64,000 bases of DNA from positions 9,352 through 73,351 of the forward strand of contig NZ_JAVWJB010000007.1 in NCBI RefSeq assembly GCF_036639235.1, written 5' to 3'. The translations under genes and the position numbers were made by a program. This document shows positions 16,567 to 27,858 of the stretch, one piece after another. How positions within the stretch are numbered: the first letter of the stretch is position 1; each line of letters opens with the position of its first letter. Source of the stretch: Clostridium sp. (GTDB taxonomy: Bacteria > Bacillota > Clostridia > Clostridiales > Caloramatoraceae). The notes under the pieces were generated by a model. That model did not search any database, was not told the DNA's origin, and saw only the letters and a list, made by a program, of their open reading frames with translations.

Positions 16567-17166
16567 CTAAATGTTTTTAATTAGATTTAGAATAATAGAA
16601 CTTGAAAATCCCCTTGAACACAAATATCTATATATTTTTTCCTTTTTCTTCGGATCATTTTCTAGGGTCTTAAGTTTTTTTTCTAATAGAGACTTAGCTG
16701 AATTATATTCTATCTCTTCATCAAAGTCTAAGTTATCAATAATGTTTTTTGAAATACCTTTTTGTTTAAGTGAATATATAATCTTATTCTTCCCTTGTTT
16801 TTTATATTTTTCAAGATATGTAGTTTGATTTTTTGCATATTTTTCGTCATTAATAAAGTTATAGTTATGAAGTTTTTCAATAACATATTCAATAACATCA
16901 TCACTATACCCTTTTTTAGAAAGCTTATTTTTTACTTCTTTAGAAGTAACATCTCGATAGCTAACTATATCAAGTGCCTTATTGTAGGCTTCAATCTTAG
17001 ATTCTTCCGTAATTATACTAAATAGCTCAGATGGATTAATATCCATCTCTGCTTTAAGCTTATTCTTTACAATTATATCAATTGAAACCTTTAATTTATT
17101 TCCATCTTCCATTTCAAGTATATATTTGTCGGTCCACTTATCCTTATTAATAGATAATATAATCAT
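16567..17166 (-). CDS. recX: RecA regulator RecX
   Basis: Directly after recA; EVKNKLSKKG, FINDEKYA, QGKNKIIYSLKQKGI, YLCSRGF. Confidence 0.9.
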   Translation of the reverse strand: MIILSINKDKWTDKYILEMEDGNKLKVSIDIIVKNKLKAEMDINPSELFSIITEESKIEAYNKALDIVSYRDVTSKEVKNKLSKKGYSDDVIEYVIEKLHNYNFINDEKYAKNQTTYLEKYKKQGKNKIIYSLKQKGISKNIIDNLDFDEEIEYNSAKSLLEKKLKTLENDPKKKEKIYRYLCSRGFSSSIILNLIKNI

Positions 17167-17184
17167 AATTACTCCTTAAAACAA

Positions 17185-17213
17185 AATTAAGCATTCAAAA
17201 TGAATGCTTAATT
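17185..17213 (-). terminator. Hairpin between recA and recX
   Basis: aattaagcattc / gaatgcttaatt 12-bp stem, U-rich tail just before the recX RBS. Confidence 0.65.
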
Positions 17214-17220
17214 AAAAATA

Positions 17221-18261
17221 TTACTTAGTTTCTGATTTAACATCTATTGTAGCTGCTACCTGTTGATCTGAAACTGGTAGGTTATGCTTTTGTCTAATCT
17301 TAGTATCTATTTCAATTGCAATAGCTGGATTTTCCTTAAGGAATACCTTAGCATTTTCTCTACCTTGACCAATCTTCTGGTCATTATATGAGAACCATGC
17401 ACCGCTTTTTTGAATTATTTCATTAGCTACACCAGCATCAAGAATTCCACCTACTCTTGAAATACCTTCACCATACATAATATCAAATTCTGCTATTTTA
17501 AATGGAGGTGCTACCTTGTTTTTAACTATCTTAACTCTTGTTCTATTACCAACAATTTCGTCACTTTGCTTAATAGAATCAATTCTTCTAACATCAAGTC
17601 TTACTGATGAGTAGAACTTAAGCGCACGTCCTCCAGTAGTAGTTTCAGGGTTACCAAACATAACTCCAACCTTCTCACGAAGCTGATTAATAAATATAGC
17701 AACACAGTTTGACTTATTAATAGCACCAGCAAGCTTTCTAAGAGCTTGTGACATAAGTCTAGCTTGAAGACCAATGTGTGAGTCACCCATCTCTCCTTCA
17801 ATTTCAGCTTTAGGAACAAGTGCTGCAACTGAGTCAACAACAATAACATCAACTGCTCCACTTCTAACAAGTGCTTCAGCAATCTCTAGAGCTTGCTCTC
17901 CAGTATCTGGCTGTGAGACTATAAGATCCTCAGTATTAACTCCAAGGTTTCTTGCATATTGTGGGTCTAGAGCGTGTTCTGCGTCAACAAAGGCTGCTGT
18001 TCCACCGTTCTTCTGTGACTCAGCTATAATATGTAGGGCCACAGTTGTCTTACCTGAACTTTCAGGTCCGTATATCTCAACGATTCTTCCCTTAGGTACT
18101 CCCCCTATTCCAAGAGCAATATCAAGGTCTAAAGATCCTGTAGAAATAGATTCAAGATTTAGTTTTGAATCCTGTCCAAGTTTCATAATAGAACCTTTAC
18201 CGAATTGTTTCTCTATCTGTCCAAGGGCAAGTTCAAGTGCTTTTTGTTTTTCTACGTTCAT
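17221..18261 (-). CDS. recA: Recombinase A
   Basis: GPESSGKTT Walker [25 protein letters not shown]; no intein. Confidence 0.99.
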   Translation of the reverse strand: MNVEKQKALELALGQIEKQFGKGSIMKLGQDSKLNLESISTGSLDLDIALGIGGVPKGRIVEIYGPESSGKTTVALHIIAESQKNGGTAAFVDAEHALDPQYARNLGVNTEDLIVSQPDTGEQALEIAEALVRSGAVDVIVVDSVAALVPKAEIEGEMGDSHIGLQARLMSQALRKLAGAINKSNCVAIFINQLREKVGVMFGNPETTTGGRALKFYSSVRLDVRRIDSIKQSDEIVGNRTRVKIVKNKVAPPFKIAEFDIMYGEGISRVGGILDAGVANEIIQKSGAWFSYNDQKIGQGRENAKVFLKENPAIAIEIDTKIRQKHNLPVSDQQVAATIDVKSETK

Positions 18262-18283
18262 CTAATCAATCCTTCCTATCAAC

Positions 18284-18334
18284 CGAACACTAGTTCTTTT
18301 TTTATATTATAATATGTATTACTAGAACTGTCAA
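18284..18334 (-). promoter_or_regulatory. recA promoter with SOS box
   Basis: Consensus TTGACA (18329-18334)-17 bp-TATAAT (18306-18311); GAAC-N4-GTTC at 18285-18296. Confidence 0.9.
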
Positions 18335-18433
18335 AGACTATTTTTAAAATTTTACCAATCTATTTAAAATCATAGCCATATTAAATTTATTTATACATTA
18401 CCCCCTATTTTTATATAAAATAGGGGGTAACGG

Positions 18434-18952
18434 TTAACTTTTAGTATTTAGTACTTGCTTATTTTTAATGATATAGTCTACACCAGAAATAACGGTAGTT
18501 ATTAATGCTATTACAACTAATACATTGTAATAAGGCATATTAACTAGTGAAGCTACCACCGCTACCATTTGGGTAACTGTTTTAAATTTTCCCCATTTGC
18601 TAGCTGCAATAACTATACCGTCACTTGCAGCAACAGCACGAAGCCCTGTTATAATAAGTTCTCTTGCTATAATAACCATAACAATCCAACCATCAACCCT
18701 ATTAAGCTCTACTAGTGATATTAGGGCTGCTATAACCATTAACTTGTCTGCTAGTGGGTCTAAAAACTTTCCGAACTTAGTAACCTGATTTCTACTTCTT
18801 GCTATATATCCATCGAGCCAATCCGTAAACGCTGCGAATATAAATATAGATGTAGCAACTAAAGTATGGTATTTAAAGTTACAGTAAATTAAAACTAAGA
18901 ATAATGGTATTAATATTATTCTAAAAGTTGTAATTTTATTTGCTAGATTCAT
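18434..18952 (-). CDS. pgsA: CDP-diacylglycerol--glycerol-3-phosphate 3-phosphatidyltransferase
   Basis: MNLANKIT start at 18952; TDWLDGYIAR...GKFLDPLADK CDP-alcohol motif. Confidence 0.96.
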   Translation of the reverse strand: MNLANKITTFRIILIPLFLVLIYCNFKYHTLVATSIFIFAAFTDWLDGYIARSRNQVTKFGKFLDPLADKLMVIAALISLVELNRVDGWIVMVIIARELIITGLRAVAASDGIVIAASKWGKFKTVTQMVAVVASLVNMPYYNVLVVIALITTVISGVDYIIKNKQVLNTKS

Positions 18953-20276
18953 TATCAACATCTCCTATTAAATCATAAGTATATGCTTTTTCTATTTTTA
19001 CACTTACAATATCTCCAGGATTAATTTCAATAGATGAATTTACATAAACATTTTGATCTATTGAAGGTGCATCCTGATATGTTCTACCATAATATTGATT
19101 ATTATCACTTTTTCCTTCAATTAATACCTTCATAACAGTTCCAACAAGCTTCTTGTTGTTTTCAAGAGAGTTAACTGATTGAAGTTGCATAAGTGTATTT
19201 TTACGCTTTTCTTTAGTTTCTTCATCAAGTTGATTATCAAGTGTAGCTGCATGTGTTCCATCTTCAGGTGAATAAGTAAATATACCTACTCTATCTAAAA
19301 GATTCATCTTAATAAGCTCCTTAAGCTCTTCAAAATCTTCTTGAGTTTCCCCAGGGAACCCAACTATTAATGATGTTCTAACCACAGCATCTGGCATCTT
19401 GGTTTTTATTTTGTTAAGAAGAGTTAATATCTCGTTCTTAGAGGTAGTTCTTCTCATTCCCTTTAGAACATTATCACTAATGTGCTGTATTGGAATATCA
19501 AAATATCTACAAACCTTTGAACTGTTTGCTATTGTATCTATAAGCTCATCAGTAACATCTTCAGGATAACTATATAGTATACGTACCCATTTAAGATCTT
19601 CTATTTTTTCAAGCTCTTTTAGAAGCTCTGGTAACTTTCTTTCTCCATAAATATCCTTACCATACTTTGTTGTATCTTGAGCAACTAATATGATTTCTTT
19701 TACGCCCTGCTCTGTTAAATCACGAACTTCCTGAATAATACCATCCATTTGTCTACTTCTAAATCTTCCACGTAGTCTAGGTATTATGCAGTAACTACAC
19801 TTATTATTACATCCCTCAGCTATCTTTACATATCCATAGTGTGAAGGAGTAGATAAAATTCTTTTCTCGTAGTCAAGATCATAATTAATGCTTCCTGTTG
19901 AAACAATTCCACTTTCCCCATTTAGAGTCTTGGTAACTATTTCAGCAATTTGACGATAAGTACCTGTTCCCACAATAGCGTCAATTTCAGGAATTTCACA
20001 CATAAGATCATCTTTATATCTTTCCGCCATACATCCTGTAACTATTACAGATTTACAACGTCCTGAATCCTTATTTTCAGACATTTCAAGTATAGTATTT
20101 ATAGATTCCTCCTTAGCAGAATCTATAAACCCACAAGTATTAACAATTATTACATCTGCTGTTTTAGGGTCAGTTACTAACTTGTGTCCTTCTTTTGCTA
20201 ATATGGAAAGCATTATTTCTGCATCTACTCTATTCTTATCACAGCCTAATGAAACCATACCTATATTATAGCCCAT
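18936..20276 (-). CDS. rimO: Ribosomal protein S12 methylthiotransferase
   Basis: SLGCDKN, VNTCGFI, CNNKCSYC radical-SAM motif, TRAM tail. Confidence 0.93.
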   Translation of the reverse strand: MGYNIGMVSLGCDKNRVDAEIMLSILAKEGHKLVTDPKTADVIIVNTCGFIDSAKEESINTILEMSENKDSGRCKSVIVTGCMAERYKDDLMCEIPEIDAIVGTGTYRQIAEIVTKTLNGESGIVSTGSINYDLDYEKRILSTPSHYGYVKIAEGCNNKCSYCIIPRLRGRFRSRQMDGIIQEVRDLTEQGVKEIILVAQDTTKYGKDIYGERKLPELLKELEKIEDLKWVRILYSYPEDVTDELIDTIANSSKVCRYFDIPIQHISDNVLKGMRRTTSKNEILTLLNKIKTKMPDAVVRTSLIVGFPGETQEDFEELKELIKMNLLDRVGIFTYSPEDGTHAATLDNQLDEETKEKRKNTLMQLQSVNSLENNKKLVGTVMKVLIEGKSDNNQYYGRTYQDAPSIDQNVYVNSSIEINPGDIVSVKIEKAYTYDLIGDVDNESSK

Positions 20277-20448
20277 GTCAAATCCTCCTAATGCTTATTT
20301 CCTTGGAAATATTCTGTTTTTCCATAAGATAACAAGCTCTTTCTTCTTTTTGCTTAATATTTTAAATACTAACAGTATATGATATTATGCGACAGTACAT
20401 CTTAATAAATAATATCAAATTTGCGATTTAACTACAACTATTAGAAGT

Positions 20449-22740
20449 CTATTCATCATAATTTGATAGGTCATCCTTTGAAATAAGCACCTGTCTTGGC
20501 TTACTTCCTTCCTGGGGACCTACTATTCCTCGTTGCTCCATTGACTCTATAAGTCTAGATGCTCTGTTAAATCCTATTCTGAGCCTTCTTTGCAGCATAG
20601 ATGCTGATGCTTGACCATAGTCAACAGCTACTTGAATTGCTTCATTAAGTAGCACGTCATCATCTTCATCTATATGCTTAGATTCAGGCTTAATCTTATC
20701 GATTTCTTCAATAGCTTCTTCTGAGTATTCTTCATCTGAGGATTCTTTAAGGAAGTTAACTATATTCTCAACATCCTCTTCAGATATAAATGCACCCTGT
20801 ACTCTAATTGGCTTATTTTCACCTATCGGAAGAAATAGCATATCCCCTCGTCCAAGAAGTTTTTCTGCACCGCCCATATCAAGGATTGTTCTAGAATCTG
20901 TCTGGCTTGATACTGCAAATGATATTCTACTTGGTATATTAGCTTTAATAACCCCTGTAATAACATCCACAGATGGTCTTTGCGTAGCTATAATTAGATG
21001 CAGACCTGCTGCTCTAGCCATCTGTGAAAGTCTACAAATTGAGTCTTCAACATCTGATGGAGATGCCATCATAAGATCAGCAAGCTCATCAATTATTATA
21101 ACTATTTTAGGCATTTTCTTACCTATGCCCTTTGTTTTAACTAAATTATTATATCCATCAATGTTTCTAACACTATTTTCAGCAAATATTTTGTATCTAT
21201 CATTCATTTCATTTACTGCCCAGTATAAAGCTGATGCAGCTTTTTTAGGATCAGTTACAACAGGAATTAGTAGGTGTGGAATTCCATTATAAATAGAAAG
21301 TTCAACAACCTTAGGATCAATCATTATCATTTTTACATCCTCAGGAGATGATTTATAAATAAGACTTGTTATAAGAGTATTTATACAAACACTCTTACCT
21401 GATCCTGTAGCACCTGCAATAAGTAAATGAGGCATCTTTCCTATATCAGTTACCATACACTTACCTGTAATATCTTTTCCTAGTGCAAAACTAAGATTTG
21501 AACCAAATTCAATAAATTCGTGTGATTCAATTACTTCTCTAAGGGATACCGGTGATACATTTTTGTTTGGAACCTCAATTCCAACTGCTGCCTTACCTGG
21601 TATTGGGGCTTCAATTCTAACTGATGAAGTTGCAAGTGACAATGCTAAGTCATCAGAAAGATTAACTATTTTACTAACCTTAACACCAGGACTTGGTTGA
21701 AGTTCATATCTTGTAACCGATGGTCCACGCCTAACTTGCATAACTTTTGCATCAACATTAAAACTTTGAAGAGTATCCTCAAGTAATTTAGCATTTTCAA
21801 GAAGACTTTTCTTATCATCCTGATTATTAGTTGAATTTATCTCACCAAGTAATTTAATATCAGGAAAAATATATTCCTTTTCTATTATTTCCGTATTAAT
21901 TGACTCAATAGAATCTATTATTGTTACTGCTGATTCCTTTTCTACTTTAGAAGTTTTAACTTCTTTCTTAGCTGAAACATTTGAATCCATAACAGTATAG
22001 AAAGGCTTACTTATATCCTCTTCCTTTTTATCCTTTTCAAATGAATCAAATATTTTAATATCCTCATCAATCGAGGCTGATTTTTCATCTTCATCAATTA
22101 TAATACTAGATGGCTTATCTTCAGTTTTATTAGGAACTTTTTCCTTAACCTTTTTAGCTGCTTCTGCACCATAATTAAATGTGTTTCTAATCTTATCTAT
22201 GATTATGTATAAAATATCTACTAATGATACCTCTGTAATTATAATTGTTAAAATAATTCCTATACATATAAGTATTATATATGTTCCAACACTACCAAAC
22301 ATTAAAATTAGTGGAAGAGCTATTAATTCAGATATTATACCTCCCCCCATTTTTTCCATTCCAAGCTGAGCTGAATATGTTAATTTTTCTATAAATCCTA
22401 CCTGACTTTCCCCTAGGGAATAACCAACATGTATCATTGTAATAATTGTTATTACAAACAAACTTATACATATAAATTTCTTTTCAATTAACATATATCC
22501 TTTTTTTAGTATAAATAAAATTGATGTACCTAGCATTACAATAGGTATTAAATAGGAAGTTATACCAAATAAGCTGAATATTAAATCTCTCATCCATACA
22601 CCAATAAGCCCTGATGGCTTTATATATATACTAAATCCTACTAATATTGAAAATGCAAACAGAAAAAGTCCATATATTTCTGTTTTATATCTTTCCGTAA
22701 TAGAATCCTTTTGTTTTTTATGTTTATTATTTCTTGGCAA
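20449..22740 (-). CDS. ftsK: DNA translocase FtsK/SpoIIIE
   Basis: N-terminal TM helices, HLLIAGATGSGKS, IDELADLM, gamma domain RIGFNRASRLI. Confidence 0.97.
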   Translation of the reverse strand: MPRNNKHKKQKDSITERYKTEIYGLFLFAFSILVGFSIYIKPSGLIGVWMRDLIFSLFGITSYLIPIVMLGTSILFILKKGYMLIEKKFICISLFVITIITMIHVGYSLGESQVGFIEKLTYSAQLGMEKMGGGIISELIALPLILMFGSVGTYIILICIGIILTIIITEVSLVDILYIIIDKIRNTFNYGAEAAKKVKEKVPNKTEDKPSSIIIDEDEKSASIDEDIKIFDSFEKDKKEEDISKPFYTVMDSNVSAKKEVKTSKVEKESAVTIIDSIESINTEIIEKEYIFPDIKLLGEINSTNNQDDKKSLLENAKLLEDTLQSFNVDAKVMQVRRGPSVTRYELQPSPGVKVSKIVNLSDDLALSLATSSVRIEAPIPGKAAVGIEVPNKNVSPVSLREVIESHEFIEFGSNLSFALGKDITGKCMVTDIGKMPHLLIAGATGSGKSVCINTLITSLIYKSSPEDVKMIMIDPKVVELSIYNGIPHLLIPVVTDPKKAASALYWAVNEMNDRYKIFAENSVRNIDGYNNLVKTKGIGKKMPKIVIIIDELADLMMASPSDVEDSICRLSQMARAAGLHLIIATQRPSVDVITGVIKANIPSRISFAVSSQTDSRTILDMGGAEKLLGRGDMLFLPIGENKPIRVQGAFISEEDVENIVNFLKESSDEEYSEEAIEEIDKIKPESKHIDEDDDVLLNEAIQVAVDYGQASASMLQRRLRIGFNRASRLIESMEQRGIVGPQEGSKPRQVLISKDDLSNYDE

Positions 22741-22821
22741 AACAACACCACCCTTAGCTTAATTCTTTAGTCAACTTGAAAACTCCTTTTATAGCTAAAT
22801 ATTTTATAAATAACATAAATA

Positions 22822-22860
22822 AAAAACTTTGTTAACATATTATATATTAACAAAGTTTTT
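22822..22860 (-). terminator. Hairpin after tepA
   Basis: aaaaactttgttaa / ttaacaaagttttt 14-bp arms. Confidence 0.65.
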
Positions 22861-22867
22861 GTAAAGT

Positions 22868-23593
22868 TTATACCTCTTTTTTTTCCTCTATTAATTCACG
22901 AAGCTTATTAAGTGCCTTGCCTATTCCTCCAACTTCTTTAATTATACCAAGTTCTGTGGCCTTCTCTCCAATAATAATAGTACCAACATCATTTAAAAGC
23001 TCATCTGTTTGCATCATAAGGTTATATAGCTTATCTTTAGATATATTTGAATTACGTGTAATAAAGCTAATAATTCTATCCTGCATCTTATTAAAGTACT
23101 CAAATGTTTGAGGGGCACCTATTACAAGCCCATTCATTCTTATTGGATGTATAATCATTGTGGCAGTAGGCGTAATATATGAATAATCTGTACATACTGC
23201 AAGAGGTACCCCTATACTATGACTACCTCCAACAACAAGTGATACTGTTGGCTTTGTTAATGAGTTTATCATCTCAGATATAGCAAGCCCAGCCTCTACA
23301 TCACCACCTACAGTATTAAGAACAACTAATACCCCTTTAACCTTAGGGTTTTGTTCAGCAGCTATAAGTTGAGGTATAACGTGCTCATATCTTGTAGCCT
23401 TAGTTTGTGGTGGAAGAACATTATGACCTTCTACTTGACCAATAATATTAATTGTAAATATATCATCACAGCCATCTGGTATAGCTGCATTTCCTAATTG
23501 CTTCAAATTTTCAAGCTTTTCGTTGTTTTCTGCCTGTTTGTCTACAGGATTTTTTTCCTGTTCATAATTATTTTTGTTTGAATCTAATACCAA
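22868..23593 (-). CDS. tepA: ClpP-like sporulation/germination protease TepA
   Basis: IIGQVEGH, LNTVGGDVEAGLAI, GGSHSIG, IHPIR; TTG start 6 nt after SD GAGGTG. Confidence 0.88.
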   Translation of the reverse strand: MVLDSNKNNYEQEKNPVDKQAENNEKLENLKQLGNAAIPDGCDDIFTINIIGQVEGHNVLPPQTKATRYEHVIPQLIAAEQNPKVKGVLVVLNTVGGDVEAGLAISEMINSLTKPTVSLVVGGSHSIGVPLAVCTDYSYITPTATMIIHPIRMNGLVIGAPQTFEYFNKMQDRIISFITRNSNISKDKLYNLMMQTDELLNDVGTIIIGEKATELGIIKEVGGIGKALNKLRELIEEKKEV

Positions 23594-23686
23594 GTAAAAC
23601 ACCTCATTTTATTTTTAGTATTAGTTTCTTTAATTTATAAAATAATATGCTAAAAAGGATAGGAAAATATTTTCCTATCCTGATTT

Positions 23687-24880
23687 TTATTTTTCTAGAT
23701 TAAATTCATTGTGAAGACTATTTATAGCACGGTGAGTATCTTCACCTTTAACTAGACACCATATTGTCATATGTGAGTCAGCTGTTTGAAGAACTTCAAT
23801 TCCGCCTTTATTAAGTGCCATAAGAATTCTAGACATAACACCTGGAATTCCCTTCATACCACTGCCTATAACTGATACCTTACTACAGTTTCTAATTATA
23901 TTGTAGTTAAGTCCTCTCTCTTTAAGAAGGTTATTTACTTTTTCCGTATCATTATCATCTATAGTAAATGCTTTATAGTTTGGAAATACATTAATAAGAT
24001 CAATACTTATTCCCATTTCTGCAAGGGTAAAGAATAGTTCGTTTGAGTTATCAGCTCCATTGTCAAATCTTATACTTACCTGTGTTCTACAAGGCATATG
24101 AGTAACACCAGTAATTATGTGACTTGAGTTAATTTCTTCCTTCGAAGATATTATTGTTCCCTTAGCATCGGACATAGTGTTTTTAATGTAAACAGGTATA
24201 TTGCCCCTCATAGCATATGAAACTGCCCTTGGGTGAATAACCTTAGCACCATGATCTGCTAACTGGAATACTTCGCTGTAGCTAATACTATCAATTATTT
24301 TAGCATCATTAACTATTCTAGGGTCTGCTGTCATGATTCCATCTACATCTGTATATATTTCTATTGCTTTAGCCTTTAAAGCCTCTCCTATAACAGTTGC
24401 AGAGGTATCACTTCCACCACGACCAATAGTAGTAAGTTCATTATTCATTGTAGCCCCTTGGAACCCAGTTATAATAGGTATGATTCCAGCAAGTAATAAG
24501 TCATATACTTTTACAGGGTCTACCTTAATGATTTCAGCGTTACCATAGTTATTATCTGTTATTATTCCTGCTTGCCCTCCAGTTAGAACGCGTGTTCTAA
24601 GACCCTTTTTATTAAGAGTATCTGATAGAACAACTGCAGAAATTATTTCACCACAGCACATTAAAAGGTCTTTTTCCTGAGCAGATGTAGATTCTTTAAC
24701 ATCTACTAAAGATAAAAGAGTGTCAGTTGCATAAGGATCTCCCTTCCTTCCAATTGCAGATACTACAACCACAGGTAAAAATCCATCATTTGAAGCCTTT
24801 TCTATTTTAGAAGCAACAAGTTCTCTAGTTTCAGCCGTTGCTACTGACGTACCTCCGAATTTCTGTACTAATATATTCAT
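23687..24880 (-). CDS. dapG: Aspartate kinase I
   Basis: VQKFGGTSV, GRGGSDTSA, YTDVDGIMTADP, C-terminal ACT domains. Confidence 0.92.
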   Translation of the reverse strand: MNILVQKFGGTSVATAETRELVASKIEKASNDGFLPVVVVSAIGRKGDPYATDTLLSLVDVKESTSAQEKDLLMCCGEIISAVVLSDTLNKKGLRTRVLTGGQAGIITDNNYGNAEIIKVDPVKVYDLLLAGIIPIITGFQGATMNNELTTIGRGGSDTSATVIGEALKAKAIEIYTDVDGIMTADPRIVNDAKIIDSISYSEVFQLADHGAKVIHPRAVSYAMRGNIPVYIKNTMSDAKGTIISSKEEINSSHIITGVTHMPCRTQVSIRFDNGADNSNELFFTLAEMGISIDLINVFPNYKAFTIDDNDTEKVNNLLKERGLNYNIIRNCSKVSVIGSGMKGIPGVMSRILMALNKGGIEVLQTADSHMTIWCLVKGEDTHRAINSLHNEFNLEK

Positions 24881-24960
24881 TTTTATCCCCCTTATTGCTA
24901 CATATATTTCTACATACTAATATATTATACCCTCTTATTGTAAAATTGTGAAAATAAATT

Positions 24961-25206
24961 TTATATTTTATGGTCAAAAATTAATGTTCTATCACAAACC
25001 TTCATTTTTGCTGTCCATGGAAGGAAAATATTCCCCGAATCTTTAAATGAGAAAAAAGATGATTTACTTTCATATGCTTCAAGTCCAATTAATTCTCCAT
25101 TATCTCTTGAGAATATCATATCGCATTCACCTATAAAACCATATTTTTCTCCGTTATATATGTTTATTATTTCAAGATTAGTTATTTCTGAAAGTCTTTT
25201 ACTCAT
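24961..25206 (-). CDS. ymxH: YlmC/YmxH-family PRC-barrel sporulation protein
   Basis: RLSEITNLEIINIYNGEKYG; position between dut and dapG. Confidence 0.85.
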   Translation of the reverse strand: MSKRLSEITNLEIINIYNGEKYGFIGECDMIFSRDNGELIGLEAYESKSSFFSFKDSGNIFLPWTAKMKVCDRTLIFDHKI

Positions 25207-25256
25207 AATATACCTCCTAAAAACAAATATAGTTATGTATATTAAAAAACAGGTGG

Positions 25257-25691
25257 TTATAGACCTGTTGATCCAAAACCACCTGCTGCTCTTTCAGTAT
25301 CATCTAGTTCTTCAACTTCAATGATATCTGGAGTCTTTATTTTATTAATAACCATTTGGGCAACTCTGTCCCCTCTTTTAATGGTAAAGTCTTCTGTTCC
25401 AAAGTTAATCATTATAAGGTTAATTTCACCTCTATAATCACTATCTATAGTTCCAGGAGAATTAACAAGTCCAAGTCCATTTTTAATTGCAAGACCACTT
25501 CTAGGTCTTACCTGTGCTTCATATCCACTTTCAATAGATATTGCTATTCCAGTTGGAATTAGTTTAATTTCACCCTTTTTAATAATAGTGTCACCTTCTA
25601 CTGCTGCATATAAGTCCATTCCTGCAGCACCTTCAGTCATGTACTTTGGAGTAGGTAAATCCTTTGATATTTTCTTAATATAAAGCTTCAT
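25257..25691 (-). CDS. dut: dUTP diphosphatase
   Basis: [34 protein letters not shown]. Confidence 0.97.
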   Translation of the reverse strand: MKLYIKKISKDLPTPKYMTEGAAGMDLYAAVEGDTIIKKGEIKLIPTGIAISIESGYEAQVRPRSGLAIKNGLGLVNSPGTIDSDYRGEINLIMINFGTEDFTIKRGDRVAQMVINKIKTPDIIEVEELDDTERAAGGFGSTGL

Positions 25692-25724
25692 AGTAATATA
25701 GCTATTAGATAGCTACCTCCTTTG

Positions 25725-26984
25725 TTAATTTAATATGTAAGATTCAAATTCATCTGTAGTAATATCTTTCCCAACTACCGCAGCAGATATTATGCCATCT
25801 TCAAATACATAGTCAATAACCTTATCTACATCTTCCTTAGTAATATTGTCTATTTTCTCAAGAGTTTCAGCAGGAGTTTTTGTTTTGCCAAGTGTAAGCT
25901 CTGCTTTACCCATGCCAAACATAAGATTTGAAACTCCTTCAAGGCCTAATATATAACTTCCCTTAAGTTGTTCTTTAATCTTGCTTATTTCTTCTTCACT
26001 CATTTTGTTTTTGTGTAAAGACTTAATCTCTTCTCTAATAAGTTTCATAGCATCTTCGAGATAAGCTGGATTACATGCAAAGTATATACTAAATATTCCA
26101 CAGTTTTTGTAAGATGATGGGTATGAATAAATAGTATACACATATCCCTTTTCTTCTCTTATAATTTGGAATAACTTAGAACTAGTTCCACTTCCAAAGA
26201 AGCTATTAACAGCAAGTAGGCTATATAGTCCCTCATCTCCTGATTTAAGCCCTTTAAGTGTTAATGTAACATGTACCTGCTCTATAGGCTTATTCTTAAC
26301 TAGAATGTGATTTGAGTAGCTAGGTGTATCATCACATTGTAATGCATTGTTAGATTTTCTGAAATTATTAAATTTCTCTTCAAGTTCACTAATTAATTCA
26401 TCTTCTTTAAAGTTACCAGCTACTGAAATAATTGTATTATCTGTAGTATATCTTTCATTATAATAATCAAGTATACTTTCACGAGTAAATCCTGAAACTG
26501 TTTCATATGTACCAAGTATAGGATATGCAAGTGGATTTTCTCCCCATATACCCTTTGACTGAAGATCTGAAACAACATCCTCTGCAAGATCTTCATACAT
26601 ACTTATTTCTTCAATAACTACAGATTTTTCTTTCTCAATATCTTCCTCTGTAAATAAAGGATTTATAACTATATCCGATAAAACATCTATTCCATTTTTA
26701 AAGTGATTATCTAATAACTTAACATAGTAGCATGTAGACTCTTTAGCTGTAAAAGCGTTAAGCTGTCCACCTAAAAATTCTATTTCTTCAGATATTTGTT
26801 TTGAGGATCTATTTTTACTTCCTTTAAAAAGCATATGTTCTATAAAATGTGATATTCCGTTATTAACCTTATTTTCATATCTTGAACCACTTTTAATCCA
26901 TACTCCGATACTAATTGAATTAACATATGGTATATGTTCAAATATTACCTTAATTCCGTTGCTTAATATATGTCTTTTGTACAT
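25725..26984 (-). CDS. M16 family zinc peptidase (YmxG-like)
   Basis: HFIEH inverted zinc motif, LNAFTAKE. Confidence 0.93.
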   Translation of the reverse strand: MYKRHILSNGIKVIFEHIPYVNSISIGVWIKSGSRYENKVNNGISHFIEHMLFKGSKNRSSKQISEEIEFLGGQLNAFTAKESTCYYVKLLDNHFKNGIDVLSDIVINPLFTEEDIEKEKSVVIEEISMYEDLAEDVVSDLQSKGIWGENPLAYPILGTYETVSGFTRESILDYYNERYTTDNTIISVAGNFKEDELISELEEKFNNFRKSNNALQCDDTPSYSNHILVKNKPIEQVHVTLTLKGLKSGDEGLYSLLAVNSFFGSGTSSKLFQIIREEKGYVYTIYSYPSSYKNCGIFSIYFACNPAYLEDAMKLIREEIKSLHKNKMSEEEISKIKEQLKGSYILGLEGVSNLMFGMGKAELTLGKTKTPAETLEKIDNITKEDVDKVIDYVFEDGIISAAVVGKDITTDEFESYILN

Positions 26985-27055
26985 ACGTACCTCCTAAGCG
27001 TTATATTGCATAAATCGATTATAAAATAAGTACCTACTTAAATCAACAATTATTA

Positions 27056-27763
27056 TTACTTAATATTAAGCAATTCAGTTACTGTTATTATCTCATAACC
27101 CTGTGATTTTATGTATTTCACAATAGAATCTAAAGACTTTTCTGTTATATCCTTTGGATGCATTAATATTATACCGCCTTCAGTAAGCTTTTTTGAAACT
27201 CTTTTTAGTATAAGGTCTGTTGATGCATCTTTCCTCCAGTCAATAGTATCAATATTAAATGTTACTAGTTTATGGTCCGCTTTTTGAATTACCTTTTGAG
27301 TATTTTCATCAAAATCACCAAATGGTGGTTCAAAAAGTGTAGTTTTAATACCAAGTTCCCTATTTAAAAGGTCTTCAGTTAGTTTTATTTCCTTAATATT
27401 ATCCTCTAGACTAAGCTGTGTAGGCCTTTTGTGATAATAACCATGATTTTGTATATCATGTCCATTATCAAGTATTTCTTTAACTACAGGTATGTTTTTC
27501 TTAGCCCATACTCCACCAATAAAAAAACTTATCTTAATGTTATTTTCTTTTAGAGTTTCAAGCATTGATGGAAGTAAGTCTTCCCCCTCATATACGTTAC
27601 ATGCAATGGCTACAACCTTCTTATCAGTATCCACCTTATCTATAGGTGTTATTGTGCTTTTGAAAACACTTTTACTATCTCCGTATATAATCCCTAAAAA
27701 TAGCATAAGAGCCATACCTAAAGCTAGGAACATAGTCTTTTGTAATATCCATTTTTTTATCAT
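27056..27763 (-). CDS. Polysaccharide deacetylase (YlxY-like sporulation protein)
   Basis: N-terminal TM helix, NHGYYH, LFEPPFG, TIDW, ILMHP. Confidence 0.88.
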   Translation of the reverse strand: MIKKWILQKTMFLALGMALMLFLGIIYGDSKSVFKSTITPIDKVDTDKKVVAIACNVYEGEDLLPSMLETLKENNIKISFFIGGVWAKKNIPVVKEILDNGHDIQNHGYYHKRPTQLSLEDNIKEIKLTEDLLNRELGIKTTLFEPPFGDFDENTQKVIQKADHKLVTFNIDTIDWRKDASTDLILKRVSKKLTEGGIILMHPKDITEKSLDSIVKYIKSQGYEIITVTELLNIK

Positions 27764-27827
27764 TTTACACCCTTATTTAAAATGCTATACATGTTATTTT
27801 ATTAATAACTTACCTATAAAAGAACAT

Positions 27828-27856
27828 AAAAAAAAGGCTTTTAAAAGCCCTTTTAG
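27828..27856 (-). terminator. Terminator after pnp
   Basis: Minus strand aaaagggcttttaaaagcctttttttt. Confidence 0.7.
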
Positions 27857-27858
27857 GA

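Noticed and set aside
23687-25206. Absence of spoVFA/B, asd and dapA around dapG, and of cinA before recA
   Set aside because: These differences from B. subtilis are common in clostridia; not novel
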